Positions 28,128 through 39,361 are shown, counted from the first letter of the stretch. The stretch is DNA of 64,000 nucleotides from Pedobacter sp. (GCA_050253415.1 JBFWJC010000004.1:192001-256000); one strand, 5' to 3'. Notes: a model not told the origin generated them from the letters alone. Made by a program: numbers and translations.

Positions 28128-29037
28128 TTTCAGAGACTATCACTTGTTTTATCATGTCTACTGCAATGGTGGGATCACCAAAGCTGCGACCGGGTTGGGT
28201 CTTACCAAGTCTACGGTAAGCAGGGCCGTCACACGTCTGGAAAAGGAATACGGCCTGAAGCTATTTTTTCGCAACGGGAAAGGATTATTCCCGACAAGGT
28301 TTGGTGACCACCTTTATCAATATTGCCAAAAAATTATCGATATTTTCTACGAAGCAAAAAGTTCTTCGGTTCAATTCAAACAAGAATGCTGCGGGACTAT
28401 TAAAATCGCCGCGCCCGTTCTTTTTGGACAGACCTTGCTCTCTCCAATCATCGCCAGATTTTCACAAAAGTTTCCGAAATCCCAACTTCATGTCTGTTTA
28501 TCCAACGATATTGACGAAAATGAATATACGAATTACGACATTGTTTTTTCTTTAAAAAACAATGTCAGCGACCATTACATTATTAAAAAGGTTGGCAGTA
28601 TTTATACAAAATTATTTTTTTCAAAAACTCATATTCAACCAAATTTTTCGGAAATAGAAAAAAATAATTTCCTGATTTTGACTGCAAAAGATACGGATGG
28701 ATTATTTAAGATCAAGATTCACCACGAAACCAACTTGGCTCCCATAAAGGAGCTTCAGATACAACCTAGGATTATCAGCAATGATTCAAAAATCATAAAA
28801 GAGGCCGTGATTAACGGCCTTGGCATAGGCATTCTTCCTGGGCATGAAGTCTCAGAGGAACTTAAAAACGGGACTTTGGAAGAAGCATTTTACAGTCATT
28901 ACATCTATCATGACGATGTTTATGCCATTTACTCCAGCTTCCTTATGATGCCAAAGCTGTTTAAAGCCTTTCTTGACTTTGTGGCCGTTGAACTTTGCAT
29001 CGACCTGCAGATCAATCGCGACTCTTATTGCCGGTAA
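28120..29037 (+). CDS. LysR-family transcriptional regulator
   Basis: HTH ITKAATGLGLTKSTVSRAVTRLE, GTIKIAAP, GLGIGILP; overlaps the GGDEF gene by 8 nt. Confidence 0.88.
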   Translation: MNNFRDYHLFYHVYCNGGITKAATGLGLTKSTVSRAVTRLEKEYGLKLFFRNGKGLFPTRFGDHLYQYCQKIIDIFYEAKSSSVQFKQECCGTIKIAAPVLFGQTLLSPIIARFSQKFPKSQLHVCLSNDIDENEYTNYDIVFSLKNNVSDHYIIKKVGSIYTKLFFSKTHIQPNFSEIEKNNFLILTAKDTDGLFKIKIHHETNLAPIKELQIQPRIISNDSKIIKEAVINGLGIGILPGHEVSEELKNGTLEEAFYSHYIYHDDVYAIYSSFLMMPKLFKAFLDFVAVELCIDLQINRDSYCR

Positions 29038-29327
29038 CACCATAGGGACTGCCCAGACAAACCAACTCCTTACCGCAACCATCCCTGCGACAACCTTGTC
29101 AGCAAAGGCAATCGAATCAAGGGGTATCCTTGTATAAACAAAAGAAGTCGGGCTGATTAGCTCAATCCACATAACCATGAGATCTGGATGCCTGATGAAA
29201 GTGATGTTTGATCTGCTCGCGGCATTGGCCTGTTCAGTGGCGGCTCTCACCTTATCGTCAGACAGGTATTGCCCCTTTGCATGCCTACCAACTTACGGTA
29301 AGACTCTCTATGAAAAGTTGCTTAAAA

Positions 29328-29356
29328 TAAAAAGGCAGCTCAAAGCCGCCTTTTTA
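29328..29356 (-). terminator. Terminator of the small lipoprotein gene
   Basis: Minus strand GGCGGCT-TTG-AGCTGCC then TTTTT. Confidence 0.6.
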
Positions 29357-29392
29357 TCCTTTTTGCCAATACAATATGGCCTGGATTCAGCA

Positions 29393-29539
29393 TCATGCGT
29401 CTGAGGGCACATTGAATTCATAGCCGCAGGCCGGACATTTAACACTTTCACCATCATGCATCGTGCCACCGGTAGAAGCACAGCCAGCCAGGACAAAGGC
29501 TACCAGGAACAGTCCTAACAAGATTTTTATATGTTTCAT
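29393..29539 (-). CDS. 48-aa lipoprotein with a CPAC motif (absent from the ORF track)
   Basis: MKHIKILLGLFLVAFVLAGCASTGGTMHDGESVKCPACGYEFNVPSDA; lipobox LAGC; RBS GAAGGGAG; downstream terminator. Confidence 0.8.
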   Translation of the reverse strand: MKHIKILLGLFLVAFVLAGCASTGGTMHDGESVKCPACGYEFNVPSDA

Positions 29540-29712
29540 CGTTTGATCTCCCTTCTTCGGGGTGAGGAGTTACCCGTTTGCCTCTGAGACAAACCATCAC
29601 ATGATCCATACTGTTTACATTATACTCCAAAATGGCTTTTTTTCTCTGCAAAACCGGGTACTCAGCCGAAAATGCCCTGTCATGGCATGAAACCTGCCGC
29701 GAGCTAGCTCTG

Positions 29713-32322
29713 CTATCCTGCAAACCTTACCCGGAACAGGGTCCCACGGCTTCGGTCCAGCTCCAGCGTGCCATTGAGCTGATTAACCAGTGCCGTCACC
29801 AATTGCAACCCCAGGGTCCTGGCATGGAGATAATCAATTTCCGCCGGAAATCCTATCCCGGTATCGGCCACTGACAGGCCCATCTCAGAGCCCACCTTTT
29901 TGATCGAAATGGTTATTTGCCCCGGTTTGCCGTCCACAAAAGCATGTTTATAGGCATTGGACAGGAGTTCGGTTATCAGTAAACCGCAAGGAATAATCTT
30001 TTCGATATCAAGTTCCAGATCCTCGACCTCCAGGCAGCAATCTATCGTCTGATCGGGGCAATGGAAAATCTGGCATAACTGATTCACCAAATTTTCCGCA
30101 TAAGCCTTGACGCTGACCTCAGACAGATTTTTCGACTGATAAAGTTGCTCATGAGCCAGAGCCATGGAACAAATGCGATTTTGACTTTCGAGAAAACAGG
30201 CCTGCAGTACCGGGTCGGTCAACTTCTGGGCCTGCAGATAGAGCAGACTGGACACCACCTGCAGGTTATTCTTGACCCGATGGTGAATTTCCCGGAGCAG
30301 CACTTCCTTTTCGGCCAGCGAAGCCTTGACTTGCTCCTCGGCCCGCTTTCGCTCGGTGATGTCGATCACGATCCCCTGGCAGTGGGTCACCCGGCCCTCG
30401 GCATCCCGTTCGATCAAAGTGCGCTCGTCCACCCAGCGCACCTCCTCCTGTTTGGTAATGATCCGATATTCCCGATTGAAATTGTTCTCACCACGGCAGA
30501 TATGCGCCTGAAACTCGGCTTCGACCTGGCCGAAATCTGCCGGGTGGACCAGCGCAGCATAGGGAACGGCCCCGGACAGCAGCTCTTCCGGCGCATAGCC
30601 GAATTGATTTATGTTTCGGGTGACCATCTCTACCGGCCAGCCCTCGGCCACCCGCCAGCGAAACAGCACCGCCGGGCTGTTCTCCACAACCAGACTGGCC
30701 AGGCGTAGCTCCTTCTCAACCCGCCTTGATTCAGTGGTGTCGTGGGCGATGCCGATGATGCGGTAAATCTCGGCCGCTGCGTTTCGCACGGGAATAAGGA
30801 CTGTTTGGAAAAACCGGTTTCCCACCGGCAGGTTGAGCTGCTCTTCATAAGTTATTGTCGTTCCAGCCTCCACGCACCGCCGATAGTTGGTGAGAACCTG
30901 GTCGGCAAGCTCCTTCGGGATTGTCTCCTCTACGAACTTTCCGGCCGTGTCGGCGCTCAGAAGACCAACTGCTTTTTCTTCGGCCGGATTGAAACCTGCG
31001 AATTTGAAACGGCCGTCCGCCGTCACATCCAGCAGAAACATGCAATCCGAAGTGTTTTCAAAAACTTCCCGATACCGTTGCTCGCTCTCCTGCAGTGCCT
31101 CCTCGGCCTGCTTGCGCTTGCTGATGTCGGTGGCGAAGGCACAGCGGTATTCCTTGCCATCGAAATTCACATAATTACTGCGGATCTCCACCGGATAAAT
31201 ACGACCGTCCTTGGCCCGGTGATGGCTTTCGAAACGTTTTGCTCCGCATCTTTTTAATTTCTGCCATTGGGCGATGAGGCCGTCCGCGGAAAAGTCGACA
31301 TCGATGTCGGATATCGACATGCCGACCAACTCTTCGCGACTGTAACCAAGTGCGGCACAGGCTGCTTCGTTGACGTATAAAAACCGTCCCTCCGGAGTCC
31401 CCCAGAAGGCCTGGTCAGGTGTTTTATCGATGGCAAACTGAGTCAGGCGCAGGGCTTCTTCAGCCGCCTTACGCTCGCTGATATCGGTGGCAAAAGCACA
31501 GTTGTATTCCTGGCCGTCAAACACCACGTAATTGGCACGGATCTCCACCGGATAGGTCCGGCCATCCTTGCTGCGATGCCTGGCCTCGAAAGTCATTGAG
31601 CCCTTCTCTTTCAATTCCCGCCAGAAACAAGTAAAAACCTCGGCTGGAAAGGTAGGATCGATATCGGGAACCGACATCCCGACAAGCTCCTCCCGGGAAT
31701 AGCCCAGAGCCTGGCAAGCCGCATCGTTCACATAGAAGAAACGGGCATCCCCGGTCATCCAGAAGGCCTGATCGATGGTCTTGTCGATAGCGAACTGGGT
31801 AAAGCGTTGTGCTTCATCTTTGTGTTTACGCTCGGTTATATCCTCGATAAAACCTTCCAGTTCAACCAATCCTCCAACCGTACCGGGCACGGCCCGAATA
31901 TGGAAGATAACTTCAATGATGCTGCCGTCCTTGCAGCGGAATCGCTCCTCGCAAACCCGCCAACCGCTACGGGTCAGGATCCTCTCCAGGACCTCCTGCC
32001 GATGGCAGGGGTCCATATAGAGAACTTCGGCAATGCTCGTCCGATTCACCACTTCCATCAGTTCCTGCGGCGAAGCGTACTTGAGCATGCGAGCCACGGC
32101 CGAATTCACACTAATAAATTTGCCATCCAGCGTGGAGCGGAATATGCCGACGGGGGCATTTTCGTAAATGCTTTTATAGCGCTGTTCAGATTGTCGCAAC
32201 GCCTCCTCTGCCCTCCAGTCACTTTCACTCATTGCCGTGGCGTTATAGCCATGGTCCCGTAGAAGCTGTCGCAATGCTTGCTGATCGTGCCCTGAGCCTT
32301 CCAGCACCATAACAGTTTTCAT
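29713..32322 (-). CDS. Multi-PAS (5 domains) sensor histidine kinase, HisKA_2 type
   Basis: EIHHRVKNNLQ, ELLSNAYKHAF, DTGIG, LGLQLV; repeated PAS/PAC motifs. Confidence 0.9.
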   Translation of the reverse strand: MKTVMVLEGSGHDQQALRQLLRDHGYNATAMSESDWRAEEALRQSEQRYKSIYENAPVGIFRSTLDGKFISVNSAVARMLKYASPQELMEVVNRTSIAEVLYMDPCHRQEVLERILTRSGWRVCEERFRCKDGSIIEVIFHIRAVPGTVGGLVELEGFIEDITERKHKDEAQRFTQFAIDKTIDQAFWMTGDARFFYVNDAACQALGYSREELVGMSVPDIDPTFPAEVFTCFWRELKEKGSMTFEARHRSKDGRTYPVEIRANYVVFDGQEYNCAFATDISERKAAEEALRLTQFAIDKTPDQAFWGTPEGRFLYVNEAACAALGYSREELVGMSISDIDVDFSADGLIAQWQKLKRCGAKRFESHHRAKDGRIYPVEIRSNYVNFDGKEYRCAFATDISKRKQAEEALQESEQRYREVFENTSDCMFLLDVTADGRFKFAGFNPAEEKAVGLLSADTAGKFVEETIPKELADQVLTNYRRCVEAGTTITYEEQLNLPVGNRFFQTVLIPVRNAAAEIYRIIGIAHDTTESRRVEKELRLASLVVENSPAVLFRWRVAEGWPVEMVTRNINQFGYAPEELLSGAVPYAALVHPADFGQVEAEFQAHICRGENNFNREYRIITKQEEVRWVDERTLIERDAEGRVTHCQGIVIDITERKRAEEQVKASLAEKEVLLREIHHRVKNNLQVVSSLLYLQAQKLTDPVLQACFLESQNRICSMALAHEQLYQSKNLSEVSVKAYAENLVNQLCQIFHCPDQTIDCCLEVEDLELDIEKIIPCGLLITELLSNAYKHAFVDGKPGQITISIKKVGSEMGLSVADTGIGFPAEIDYLHARTLGLQLVTALVNQLNGTLELDRSRGTLFRVRFAG

Positions 32323-32649
32323 GACGTCCTTTCTTCTTTGGCCCCGCGCATCCTCAATAAAAGACATGACATTATCCGTCCATCTTAACTGGGCAATCGG
32401 AAAGCGTAACCGGACAAAGGATGACCTTCCGAAGTCGCGCGATTTCCCTGACTTTTCGAACAGACTTATCCTTTTCGACGGTAAAATCTTAGATGGAATT
32501 TAATCTCGCCGAGATTTTTTACCAGTCACTCAATGATACACTTACAAACGGAATCCACCCCAAACAGTCAGCTAGCAGGGACAGATGGGTTTATTCTATC
32601 ATTAAGTTGTACCTCTTCGGCGGCCAGCTCAGAACAAAAGGAGTCAACC

Positions 32650-32988
32650 ATGAAAAAATTAGTGGAGCAGAAATGCGAAGCCTGCCATACCAGCTCGACG
32701 CCTGCGACAGATGAAGAAATCGAAAACTTTCGGCCAGAGATCGCCGAATGGGACATACTTACCGTCAATGGCATTGCACGATTGAGCCGAACCTACCGCC
32801 TGCGCGACTTTGCCGAGGCACTGGAATTTACCAACCGGGTCGGTGCGCTGGCCGAAACCGAATGTCATCACCCGGCGATTATCACCGAATGGGGCAAGGT
32901 GACGGTGCAGTGGTGGACCCGCAAGATCAAGGGCCTGCACCGCAACGACCTGATTATGGCGGCCAAGACAGATGCCCTGTTGGAATGA
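32650..32988 (+). CDS. Pterin-4-alpha-carbinolamine dehydratase
   Basis: HHPAIITEWGKVTVQWWT, GLHRNDLIMAAKTD; AAGGAG RBS. Confidence 0.92.
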   Translation: MKKLVEQKCEACHTSSTPATDEEIENFRPEIAEWDILTVNGIARLSRTYRLRDFAEALEFTNRVGALAETECHHPAIITEWGKVTVQWWTRKIKGLHRNDLIMAAKTDALLE

Positions 32989-33134
32989 TCTGTGTCAGCC
33001 CCGGTGTTGAACTCTGATCCTGCCATGCGCTGTCGGACCTGGGTCGAATCACAGAGCCGCACCAGGAATGCTCATGGCCCTTAAAATTATAGAATCGTCC
33101 GCTATCCTCCTGACGCGACCGGATACCCGGAACC

Positions 33135-34979
33135 ATGACGGATAAAAAATTTCAAAAAATACGCGTGTGGCTAACCCGTTGGTGGCATTCGCCACATATC
33201 CTCAAAATTTTCCCTCTGCGCCTTCGACTGGCGAACGCCTATCGAGCCATGGAACGCTATCAGGTGCTGTTTTGGGCCGGACTGGTCGGCGTACTGGGCG
33301 GCCTGTCATCGGTGCTGTTTCGCGAAGCTCTTGATTTCATGGCCGCCGGTCTTACCGGCCGCCCCGGCAGCATCGTGGAGATATTTGCAGCGTTGCCGGC
33401 CTGGCAAAGATTGATCGTTCCTGCTCTGGGAGGCGTGGTCGCCGGAGGGATTCTGTCTTTAGGCGGCAGAATGAAATCGGGTAAAGAAAGCTCCACCGAT
33501 TACATGGAGGCGGTGGTACTCGGCAACGGCAGGCTGCCAGTTCGCCTCAGTATCATCAAAACCCTGTCCGCCATGTTTTCCATCTCTTCAGGGGCTTCCA
33601 TCGGCCGCGAGGGCCCCATGGTGCAATTATCCGCGTTGCTGGCTTCGGTGGTCGGGCAGACCCGAAACTGGTCCATGGCCCAGACCCGCCTGATTCTGGC
33701 CTGCGGCGCCTCGGCCGGAATCGCTTCGGCCTATAACGCGCCTATCGCCGGAGCGTTATTCGTTGCCGAAATTGTGGTCGGCTCCATTGCCATGGAAACC
33801 TTCGGCCCCCTGGTCTTTTCATCGGTACTGGCGACCCAGACGGTCCATTTTCTGACCGGAGGCGCTCCGCTCTATGATATTCCCCCGTTCCGGCTCCAGT
33901 CGGGACTGGAGCTGTTTTACTATCTGGCTCTCGGGCTCATCGCCGGACTGGCCGCACCCTGGTTTCTGCGGGTGCTTCACGGTAGCGAAAAACTTTTCGC
34001 CCGTCCACAGCTGCCGCTTTACCTGCGCCTGGGTTTGGGCGGAATGGTGGTAGGTATCCTGGCGGTCTATTATCCCCAGGTTTGCGGTAACGGTTACAAC
34101 GTGGTCACCGGCATTCTGCAGGAACAATGGCTCTGGTCGAGCCTGGCGATTCTGCTGGTGTTCAAGATCGTATCCACCAGTGCGAGTTTCGGCTCGGGTG
34201 CGGTCGGCGGGGTATTCACTCCGACTCTGTTCGTCGGTGCCAGCCTCGGCTACCTGTTCGGGCATGTCTGTAACGGCCTCGGTCTGGGTACCCTGCCCGC
34301 GCCGGGAGCCTTTGCCCTGACCGGCATGGGCATGATGCTGGCGGCGACCACCCACGCGCCGCTCATGGCGATCATCATGCTTTTCGAGTTGACTCTGGAC
34401 TATCAGTTGATTCTGCCCCTGATGCTGGGTTGCGTGCTGGCTCACTTCACTGCATCCGGCATCGAAGCCCGATCCATCTATAGCTCCTCCATGGAGCGTA
34501 AAGGTGCGGCTCTTTCGGCACGACAGCTTTCCCTGCTGCGGGTAGGCGGACTGATGAAACGCGATCCGCTCAAGATCGACCGGCGCACTTCTTTTGGCGA
34601 AATCGCCAAAATATTTCTGTTAAACACCTACCGCTATCTTTATGTGGTTGATGAAAAGGATTCGTACCTGGGAACAGTCAGCCTGCAAGACGTCAAGGAA
34701 TACCTCGGCACGACAGGACTCTCCAATCTCGTGATTGCCAACGATCTTCTCGAATCGGGGCCACCAGTCATCCTGGCATCCGCGACACTTGAAGAAGCAC
34801 TGGACAAATTCAGGCACTATTCAGGGGAAAGGCTTCCGGTGGTGGATGACGCTCCGGAGCCCCGGTTGGTGGGCAGTCTGGCCAAAACAGATCTGTTGCT
34901 GGCCCTCGCAGAGAGGCTGCCTGCAGGCCATAATCAACTTAAAACAGAATCGAACCATTCCTCGTCAAAAGGACAATAG
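33135..34979 (+). CDS. ClcB-like CLC chloride channel/transporter with CBS pair
   Basis: SIGREGPMVQ, YNAPIAG, GGVFTP; C-terminal CBS domains; start uncertain. Confidence 0.9.
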   Translation: MTDKKFQKIRVWLTRWWHSPHILKIFPLRLRLANAYRAMERYQVLFWAGLVGVLGGLSSVLFREALDFMAAGLTGRPGSIVEIFAALPAWQRLIVPALGGVVAGGILSLGGRMKSGKESSTDYMEAVVLGNGRLPVRLSIIKTLSAMFSISSGASIGREGPMVQLSALLASVVGQTRNWSMAQTRLILACGASAGIASAYNAPIAGALFVAEIVVGSIAMETFGPLVFSSVLATQTVHFLTGGAPLYDIPPFRLQSGLELFYYLALGLIAGLAAPWFLRVLHGSEKLFARPQLPLYLRLGLGGMVVGILAVYYPQVCGNGYNVVTGILQEQWLWSSLAILLVFKIVSTSASFGSGAVGGVFTPTLFVGASLGYLFGHVCNGLGLGTLPAPGAFALTGMGMMLAATTHAPLMAIIMLFELTLDYQLILPLMLGCVLAHFTASGIEARSIYSSSMERKGAALSARQLSLLRVGGLMKRDPLKIDRRTSFGEIAKIFLLNTYRYLYVVDEKDSYLGTVSLQDVKEYLGTTGLSNLVIANDLLESGPPVILASATLEEALDKFRHYSGERLPVVDDAPEPRLVGSLAKTDLLLALAERLPAGHNQLKTESNHSSSKGQ

Positions 34980-35052
34980 AACCAAGCACATCGTCCTGAC
35001 AGGCCCTTCTTTCCGCTCCGTCAAGAACACACGCATGTTCTCGTGCCGGCTC

Positions 35053-35907
35053 TCAACGCAACAGCAGAATGGGAACCTCAGATTTGCGCAGCATCGCGGT
35101 CGTGGTGCTGCCGATGAGCAACCGGCGAATCCGCGAGTGACCATAGGCTCCCATAATCAACAGGTCGATAGCCTTTTCCTTTTGATAACGGCTCAGCACG
35201 CTTTCCGGTTCACCCGGCAGAATCACGGCCGTGGTCTCGAATCCGGATTGCTCCAGAGTCTGGCGTGCCTGATCCAGTTTGGCCCGTGCCTCGTCGGTCT
35301 CTGCCCCCACCATGACCAGGTGGCAAGGCAAACCGGTTAACAGAGGACTGGCCGCAACCAGATCGACCACTTTGCTGGCGGTGGCACTACCATCGAAGGC
35401 AAGCATGACCCGTTGCGGGGTCCGAAAAGCCTCCGTGGTTACCAGAATGGAACATTTCATGGCGCGCACCACCCGCTCAAGGTGGCTACCCAAGTGTTCC
35501 GAAGCGATCAAAGCAGCTTCTCCTCGCTTACCGAGGACCAGCAGGCGAATCCCTTGTTCCAACTCCATCAGGGTCTCCACCAGGCCGCCATGGCGCTGCA
35601 GTCCCTCGGGCTCGGCAACACCGATGCTGCGCGCGCGCTCTGTTGCCTCCGCAATAATCTGCCGACCCCGTTGCTGGGCCAGCTTGCCGCGCTTTTCATC
35701 CAGGGCGGCAAGCTCTTCCAGCAAAGATTCCCTTGATCCCAAGCCGATGTTGCCACTCAGGTCGGTCTGGGGAACCTCCTGCTTTTTATGCAGGACATGA
35801 AGGAATTTCAGCTGCGCATCCAACCGGTGAACCACCCAGGCCGATGCGTCACATACGGCGGGAGAATAAGATGATCCGTCGATGCAGGCGAGTATAAATT
35901 TTTTCAT
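35053..35907 (-). CDS. Universal stress protein (tandem domains)
   Basis: ILACIDGS, LGSHLERVVR, MGAYGHSRIR..LIGSTT. Confidence 0.92.
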   Translation of the reverse strand: MKKFILACIDGSSYSPAVCDASAWVVHRLDAQLKFLHVLHKKQEVPQTDLSGNIGLGSRESLLEELAALDEKRGKLAQQRGRQIIAEATERARSIGVAEPEGLQRHGGLVETLMELEQGIRLLVLGKRGEAALIASEHLGSHLERVVRAMKCSILVTTEAFRTPQRVMLAFDGSATASKVVDLVAASPLLTGLPCHLVMVGAETDEARAKLDQARQTLEQSGFETTAVILPGEPESVLSRYQKEKAIDLLIMGAYGHSRIRRLLIGSTTTAMLRKSEVPILLLR

Positions 35908-35919
35908 GGCATAGCTCCT

Positions 35920-37407
35920 TTAGTGCCCCATCAGACATTCAACGGCATCGGGCTTGTCATGCACCGCAAAACGATCCACCATGGTTTCGCTGGCCTGGTT
36001 GAGGCCGAGAATCTCAACCTCGGTCCCTTCCCGGCGGAATTTCAGAACAACTTTATCGAGAGCACCTACCGCGGTGATATCCCAGAAATGAGCGCGACTG
36101 ACATCAATCTGCACTTTTGCAACCGCTTCCTTCAGATCAAAGGAATGGATGAAGCGTTCGGCCGAGGTGAAAAAAACCTGTCCGACCACGGTGTAGTAAC
36201 GGGTCAGACCATCCTCCGACAGGGTTGAACCAACATACAGGATTTTGCCGATCTTGTAAGCAAAGAACAGGGAACTGATCAGCACCCCCACCAGCACCCC
36301 CATGGCGAGATTGTGCGTCGCCACCACCACGACCACGGTGGCGAACATCACCAGGCTCGAGCTTTTCGGATTTTTACCCAAGTTGCGGATCGAGTCCCAA
36401 CTGAAGGTACCGATCGATACCATGATCATCACCGCCACCAGCGCCGCCATGGGAATACGCGCCACCCAGTCACCGAAAAACACCACCAGCATCAGCAGCA
36501 GAACCCCGGCGATCAGGGTAGAGAGTCGCCCGCGCCCGCCCGACTTGATATTGATGACCGATTGGCCGATCATGGCGCAACCGCCCATGCCACCCATGAA
36601 ACCTGCGGCGATATTGGCCAGTCCCTGACCGATGCATTCACGATTTTTATCGCTGGAAGAATCGGTCAGATCGTCGATAATCGTCGCGGTCATCATCGAT
36701 TCAAGCAGACCGACCACCGCCAGCGTCACGGCATAGGGGAAAATGATCGCCAAGGTTTGAAACGTCAAGGGAAGGTCAGGCAGCAAAAACACAGGCAGAC
36801 TGTCGGGTAACGCACCCATGTCACCCACGGTGCGGACGTCCACCCCGAAAAACAGGGTGAAGGCGGTTAGCGCCACGATACACACCAGCGGCGAAGGGAT
36901 CACCTTGGTAACATACGGAAACAGGTAAATCAGACCGAGCCCCGCCGCCACCAGGGCATAAACCTGCCAACCGACATGGGTCAGTTCAGGCAGCTGCGCC
37001 AGAAAAATCAGGATGGCCAGGGCATTGACGAAACCGATCACCACCGAGCGCGAAACGAAGCGCATCAGCGATCCCAAACGGAAGGTGCCGGCCAGAATCT
37101 GCAGCACCCCGGTAAGCAAAGTTGCTGCCAGCAGATACTGCAAGCCATGGGTTTTGACCAGGGTGACCATCAGCAGGGCCATGGCTCCTGTGGCAGCCGA
37201 GATCATCCCCGGACGTCCTCCGGCGAAGGCCGTGACCACGGCGATGCAAAACGAAGCATACAGTCCTACCTTGGGATCAACTCCGGCAATGATTGAAAAA
37301 GCGATAGCCTCGGGGATCAAGGCCAGGGCAACAACGGTTCCTGCGAGGGCGTCTCCGCGCAGGTTGGAAAACCAGTCCTGGCGAATAGAACGAAAAGAAT
37401 GCATCAT
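35920..37407 (-). CDS. SulP family anion permease with STAS domain
   Basis: [32 protein letters not shown]. Confidence 0.93.
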   Translation of the reverse strand: MMHSFRSIRQDWFSNLRGDALAGTVVALALIPEAIAFSIIAGVDPKVGLYASFCIAVVTAFAGGRPGMISAATGAMALLMVTLVKTHGLQYLLAATLLTGVLQILAGTFRLGSLMRFVSRSVVIGFVNALAILIFLAQLPELTHVGWQVYALVAAGLGLIYLFPYVTKVIPSPLVCIVALTAFTLFFGVDVRTVGDMGALPDSLPVFLLPDLPLTFQTLAIIFPYAVTLAVVGLLESMMTATIIDDLTDSSSDKNRECIGQGLANIAAGFMGGMGGCAMIGQSVINIKSGGRGRLSTLIAGVLLLMLVVFFGDWVARIPMAALVAVMIMVSIGTFSWDSIRNLGKNPKSSSLVMFATVVVVVATHNLAMGVLVGVLISSLFFAYKIGKILYVGSTLSEDGLTRYYTVVGQVFFTSAERFIHSFDLKEAVAKVQIDVSRAHFWDITAVGALDKVVLKFRREGTEVEILGLNQASETMVDRFAVHDKPDAVECLMGH

Positions 37408-37429
37408 AAAATAAAATCCTTACAAAAAT

Positions 37430-37510
37430 ACAGGTCGGCAAACACCACACCAAAACAGGGCATGGCTGTCGGGTTTCGAGGTGAAAAACACCTGAGGGCA
37501 AACAGAACTT
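37430..37510 (-). ncRNA. Possible sul1-type cis-regulatory RNA upstream of the SulP gene
   Basis: Sits 5' of a sulP-USP operon; hairpin AGGTG..CACCT followed by AAACCCGACAGCCATG, which resembles the motif as I recall it; not model-verified. Confidence 0.4.
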
Positions 37511-37854
37511 CAAGCTAAGCTGAATAATTCAGGATGGCTAAAAACGAAGGGATAATGCAGCAGGCAAATTCAATCCGACCAAAGACCAGGAGCCCTTAGC
37601 GACTGATAAAAAACGGTGAATATTTGCAGGACAGCAGTAGATAGAACCCTATGCTTGACAATATCAGAGTGATTGGCCAACAAACCGACCTTTCGATTGG
37701 CTACATGAAAAAGAACCCCCACCGAAAACCTACATCCGGCAGAAGCTTAGCCGATCACCATAGTTACATTCGACAGAAAAGGCAATTTTAAAATCCAAAC
37801 ACAGCAAAACAGAGCCTGCCTTCATCCACAAGGAAGGCACATCCTTCGCGTATT

Positions 37855-39264
37855 TTAGCGCGGTTTGTCCGTGTATTTATAAGGCGGAACACCCCGGTTT
37901 GCCCTTAAGGGGAAACGTTTCTTGCCAACGGCAGCATCTTGGCCATCGTTGCGTTGCCCGCCGCCACCATTGGGGCCCCGGGTTTGGAACGCGTCCTGCG
38001 TCTGAGTGCTACAGCGCGACGTGTGGGTATCTGCGCCTGGCCCAACAACGCATTTGCCGGCTTCGCCCCGCAGCTTGTTTTTTTTCGGCTTTTTCGGGCG
38101 GACCTTTACCAGGCAGGACAACGGGACTTGATGGGTCGGGACAAACCCTGCCACCACCTCGCGGACCAGCAACTGACCAATCAGGCTCTCAACCCCACTG
38201 AGAAGATTAACCTCGTCGGCACTGACCAAAGAGATCCCCTCCCCTTGCAAACCGGCGCGACCGGTACGGCCGATACGGTGAATATAGTCTCCGGGGACTT
38301 TGGGCAGGTCAAAATTAATCACGTGCGGCAGCCCGCTGATGTCGATACCGCGCGCGACAAGATCTGTAGCGACCAGCACCCGAACCTTGCTGGCCTTAAA
38401 ATCGGCCAGGGCGCGAGTACGCTCCCCCTGGCTTTTATCCCCGTGGATCGCCGCTGCACAGACACCATCGCGCTCCAGACCCTGCACCAGTCGGTCGGCG
38501 CCGTTTTTGGTGCGGGTAAAGACCAGAACTTGATCCCAGCCATTGTTGCGAATCAAATGACTGAGCAACGCTGTTTTTTTACCCTTGTCAACCTCGTAGA
38601 CCCACTGCTTCACATTCCTGGCAGTTGCGTTTGGCGGGTTGACCTCAATGTGCACAGGATGGACAAGTAACGCGTCGGCAAGGGTGCGAATTTCACCGGG
38701 AAAGGTGGCTGAAAAAAGCAGGTTCTGACGCTTTTTCGGCAACAGAGCCAGAATCTTGCGAATATCTGCGAGGAACCCCATATCGAGCATCCGGTCCGCT
38801 TCATCCAACACCAGAATCTCCACCTGCGCAAGCTTTACCGCATTCTTGCTGACAAGATCAAGCAGACGCCCCGGCGTTGCCACCAGCACATCGACCCCGC
38901 CGCGCAGGTTCATCATCTGCGGATTGATCTTCACGCCACCGTAGACCACGCCCGATCGTAGCGAAAGATGCCGGCCATAGGTGGTCACACTCTGCCCCAC
39001 CTGCATCGCCAGCTCACGGGTCGGCGTCAAAACCAGGCCGCGGACATGGTTCGGCCTCACCCGGGCGCCACCGGCCAGACGCTGCAACAACGGCAGAGTA
39101 AACCCGGCAGTTTTGCCGGTGCCGGTCTGCGCGACGGCCATGATATCCTTGCCGGACAGCACGGCGGGGATCGCCGCGATCTGAATCGGGGTGGGCCTGG
39201 TATAGCCACAAGCGTCGACAGCACGCAAAAGAAGCTCGGAGAGTCCGAGAGAAGAAAAGGACAT
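37855..39264 (-). CDS. rhlE: DEAD-box RNA helicase (RhlE-like)
   Basis: [40 protein letters not shown] is RhlE-like. Confidence 0.88.
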   Translation of the reverse strand: MSFSSLGLSELLLRAVDACGYTRPTPIQIAAIPAVLSGKDIMAVAQTGTGKTAGFTLPLLQRLAGGARVRPNHVRGLVLTPTRELAMQVGQSVTTYGRHLSLRSGVVYGGVKINPQMMNLRGGVDVLVATPGRLLDLVSKNAVKLAQVEILVLDEADRMLDMGFLADIRKILALLPKKRQNLLFSATFPGEIRTLADALLVHPVHIEVNPPNATARNVKQWVYEVDKGKKTALLSHLIRNNGWDQVLVFTRTKNGADRLVQGLERDGVCAAAIHGDKSQGERTRALADFKASKVRVLVATDLVARGIDISGLPHVINFDLPKVPGDYIHRIGRTGRAGLQGEGISLVSADEVNLLSGVESLIGQLLVREVVAGFVPTHQVPLSCLVKVRPKKPKKNKLRGEAGKCVVGPGADTHTSRCSTQTQDAFQTRGPNGGGGQRNDGQDAAVGKKRFPLRANRGVPPYKYTDKPR

Positions 39265-39361
39265 AGGATCGTTTCTGATAATGAGGAAGGATAAGCCCGG
39301 TCTCAAACGATGGCATGGCCTGACCGTACTCAGGTAAAAAAGAGATATTTCCGAACAGAAA

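Noticed and set aside
28852..29250. 132-aa minus-strand ORF overlapping the LysR end
   Set aside because: No RBS or motif, and it overlaps a better-supported gene
32545..32600. Fluoride riboswitch-like sequence upstream of the dehydratase and CLC genes
   Set aside because: GGAATCCACC..AAAC is suggestive, but the 5' GGNGAUG and 3' GAUGACUCCUAC-type elements are missing
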